DNA of 64,000 nt from an uncultured bacterium (GTDB lineage Bacteria; Hydrothermota; Hydrothermia; B15-G9; WFZT01). Position numbers and translations under genes: made by a program. The stretch's first letter is position 1. Each line of letters begins with the position of its first letter. The stretch covers positions 11,738 to 75,737 of the forward strand of contig CAYNMM010000047.1 of NCBI GenBank assembly GCA_964398355.1, read 5' to 3'. The notes beneath the pieces were generated by a model, which was given only the letters and a program-made list of their open reading frames with translations, was not told where the DNA came from and searched no databases. Positions 62,667-64,000 of this stretch are shown piece by piece.

Positions 62667-63769
62667 TTCTCACCTGCTGGGATGACGATTTTGACCTTGA
62701 AACTGTGAGAGGTACCCCTGAAACTGCATATTTGCTATATTATCTCAGAAAGTATGGGATTGAGTATACGGTCTGTTTCCCTTCAAAAAATAGGAGTTTT
62801 CCCGGAGATTTTGTTCCGGTGAAGGTGAAACTTCTACCATCCCGGAGGATAATCAGATTTGTAACACTTCCCCTAAATTATTTCTTGCTGAATTTCGCAA
62901 TTCTGAGAAAGACCAGGAGCCTAAATGAAAAGTACAACCTCGTTTATTCACTATGTAGTTCAACATCTTTTGCTGCATGGAAAATCTCGAAAGAACTGGG
63001 AATACCTTATGTGCAGAAGTTCTCTGGACTCATTTTTTATGGAAAGTATGGAAAGTTTGAGCGATGGTTACAGGATTTTCATACCGCATTTACTCTAAAG
63101 CTCAGGCCAGATCTGACTTTTGTGGTCGATGATGGCTCTGGTGGAGGAAGACTACTTATCGACTCAGGATTACCTAAAGAGAGCGTTGTCACACTCCCGA
63201 ATCCTGTTCCTGAGAAAATATTCCCAAAGAAGAGAAATTCATCCCCTGTGGTTGGATGGGTTGGGAGGTTCAACAGGCTCAAAGGGGTGAATTTTCTGCC
63301 AGATATTGCTGCGGGTGTTCTGGAAATGATGCCCGATGTGAAATTTAGAATTGTGGGATTTGGCCCTTATAGATCATTTCTTGAGAAAAAGCTGAGTAAA
63401 TTCAGGCAGAATGTCACTATTGAGAAAGGGGGAACATATTTCGAGACACTCAAAATCTACGGGGAGATTGATCTTTTTATTTCCACGAATATTTATGCCA
63501 ATTATACACTACCCGTGCTGGAAGCACTTGCTCACGGGACACCTGTTGTGGCTTTCGATGTTCCAGGTACGAGGAGATTGATAGTAGATGGGAAGAATGG
63601 GTACATCGTGCCAACCTTTGATACAGGGTTATTTTCTAAAAGAGTTGTAGATGCATTGGTGAGACTTGATGAGATGGTTGAGCCAGCGAGGGAGGCCGTT
63701 AACGGCCTCCCTCGCTGGCTCAACCGCATGAACCTCGAAATCACGATGCTAAAAAGACTTATGGACTGA
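62651..63769 (+). CDS. glycosyltransferase family 4 (GT-B)
   Basis: 372 aa. C-terminal EALAHGTPVVAFDVPGTRRLIVDGKNGYIV motif. Confidence 0.7.
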   Translation: MAKILILTCWDDDFDLETVRGTPETAYLLYYLRKYGIEYTVCFPSKNRSFPGDFVPVKVKLLPSRRIIRFVTLPLNYFLLNFAILRKTRSLNEKYNLVYSLCSSTSFAAWKISKELGIPYVQKFSGLIFYGKYGKFERWLQDFHTAFTLKLRPDLTFVVDDGSGGGRLLIDSGLPKESVVTLPNPVPEKIFPKKRNSSPVVGWVGRFNRLKGVNFLPDIAAGVLEMMPDVKFRIVGFGPYRSFLEKKLSKFRQNVTIEKGGTYFETLKIYGEIDLFISTNIYANYTLPVLEALAHGTPVVAFDVPGTRRLIVDGKNGYIVPTFDTGLFSKRVVDALVRLDEMVEPAREAVNGLPRWLNRMNLEITMLKRLMD

Positions 63770-63877
63770 GAAGCTGAGCAAAAAATCCCGATTTTTGAAT
63801 CGATAGCTACCGGAGAGCCTTATTTGAAGGCAAAAGAGGAGGCTCCTCGGTTCAAGATGGACAATACATCAGACTAT

Positions 63878-64000
63878 GATTTCGTACATTTTTACGTTTA
63901 ACTCGGGGTGTCACGGGGGATTAAGGTCGAGTCAACATACGATTTCGTACCATTTTTACTTCCCACTCCAAAATAGTTGAACTATTTTGGAGTCAGGGGT
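63878..64000. repeat. degenerate ~63-bp direct repeat pair plus 27-nt perfect inverted repeat, truncated by window edge
   Basis: GATTTCGTAC(C)ATTTTTAC at 63878-63895 and 63941-63959. CTCCAAAATAGTT-G-AACTATTTTGGAG at 63966-63992. Confidence 0.3.

Noticed and set aside
63870-64000. Possible CRISPR array at the right edge
   Set aside because: There are only two repeat copies, and they are not identical (one has an extra C). Spacing and flanks are irregular, and no cas genes are nearby. Better described as a degenerate repeat/palindrome element.
1-64000. tRNA genes
   Set aside because: I scanned all intergenic gaps for GGTTCGAATCC-type T-arms and acceptor pairing. Only the tmRNA tRNA-like domain was found.

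Overview
This 64 kb window reads as an origin-proximal chromosomal segment of a bacterium with about 40% GC. Several features point to the FCB superphylum (Ignavibacteria/Chlorobi/Bacteroidetes-like): two GWxTD-domain proteins, a BNR-repeat protein ending in a T9SS (Por) C-terminal sorting domain, and a tmRNA whose tag ends in YAMAA. Content is dominated by housekeeping genes: dnaA and dnaN with a candidate oriC, uvrA, uvrC, mutL, purH, glyA, panB, lysS, serS-serA-serC, murJ, a five-gene branched-chain amino-acid ABC transporter (liv-type) operon, lolCD, hpf-hprK, htpX, a tricorn-protease homolog, rtcA and hldD. The one RNA gene is a tmRNA (ssrA) at 44686-45050, which the ORF track mis-reads as three overlapping ORFs. 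No CRISPR array, mobile element, tRNA or rRNA was found by eye. Four compact, mostly translationally coupled modules are worth a second look as candidate undescribed functional units. The first is htpX followed by two tandem secreted GWxTD-domain paralogues. The second is an ETF-alpha-N-domain-only protein coupled to panB, a PF04008-like protein and an MltD-like transglycosylase. The third is glyA-tenA-(short ThiO-like FAD oxidase)-(150 aa unknown). The fourth is an orphan NrfH/NapC-type tetraheme cytochrome with its own promoter and terminator. There are also three unusually long perfect GC-rich palindromes (8552-8591, 23281-23318, 52098-52132) and a truncated degenerate repeat/palindrome at the right window edge. 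All family assignments are from motif recognition by eye. No searches were run.
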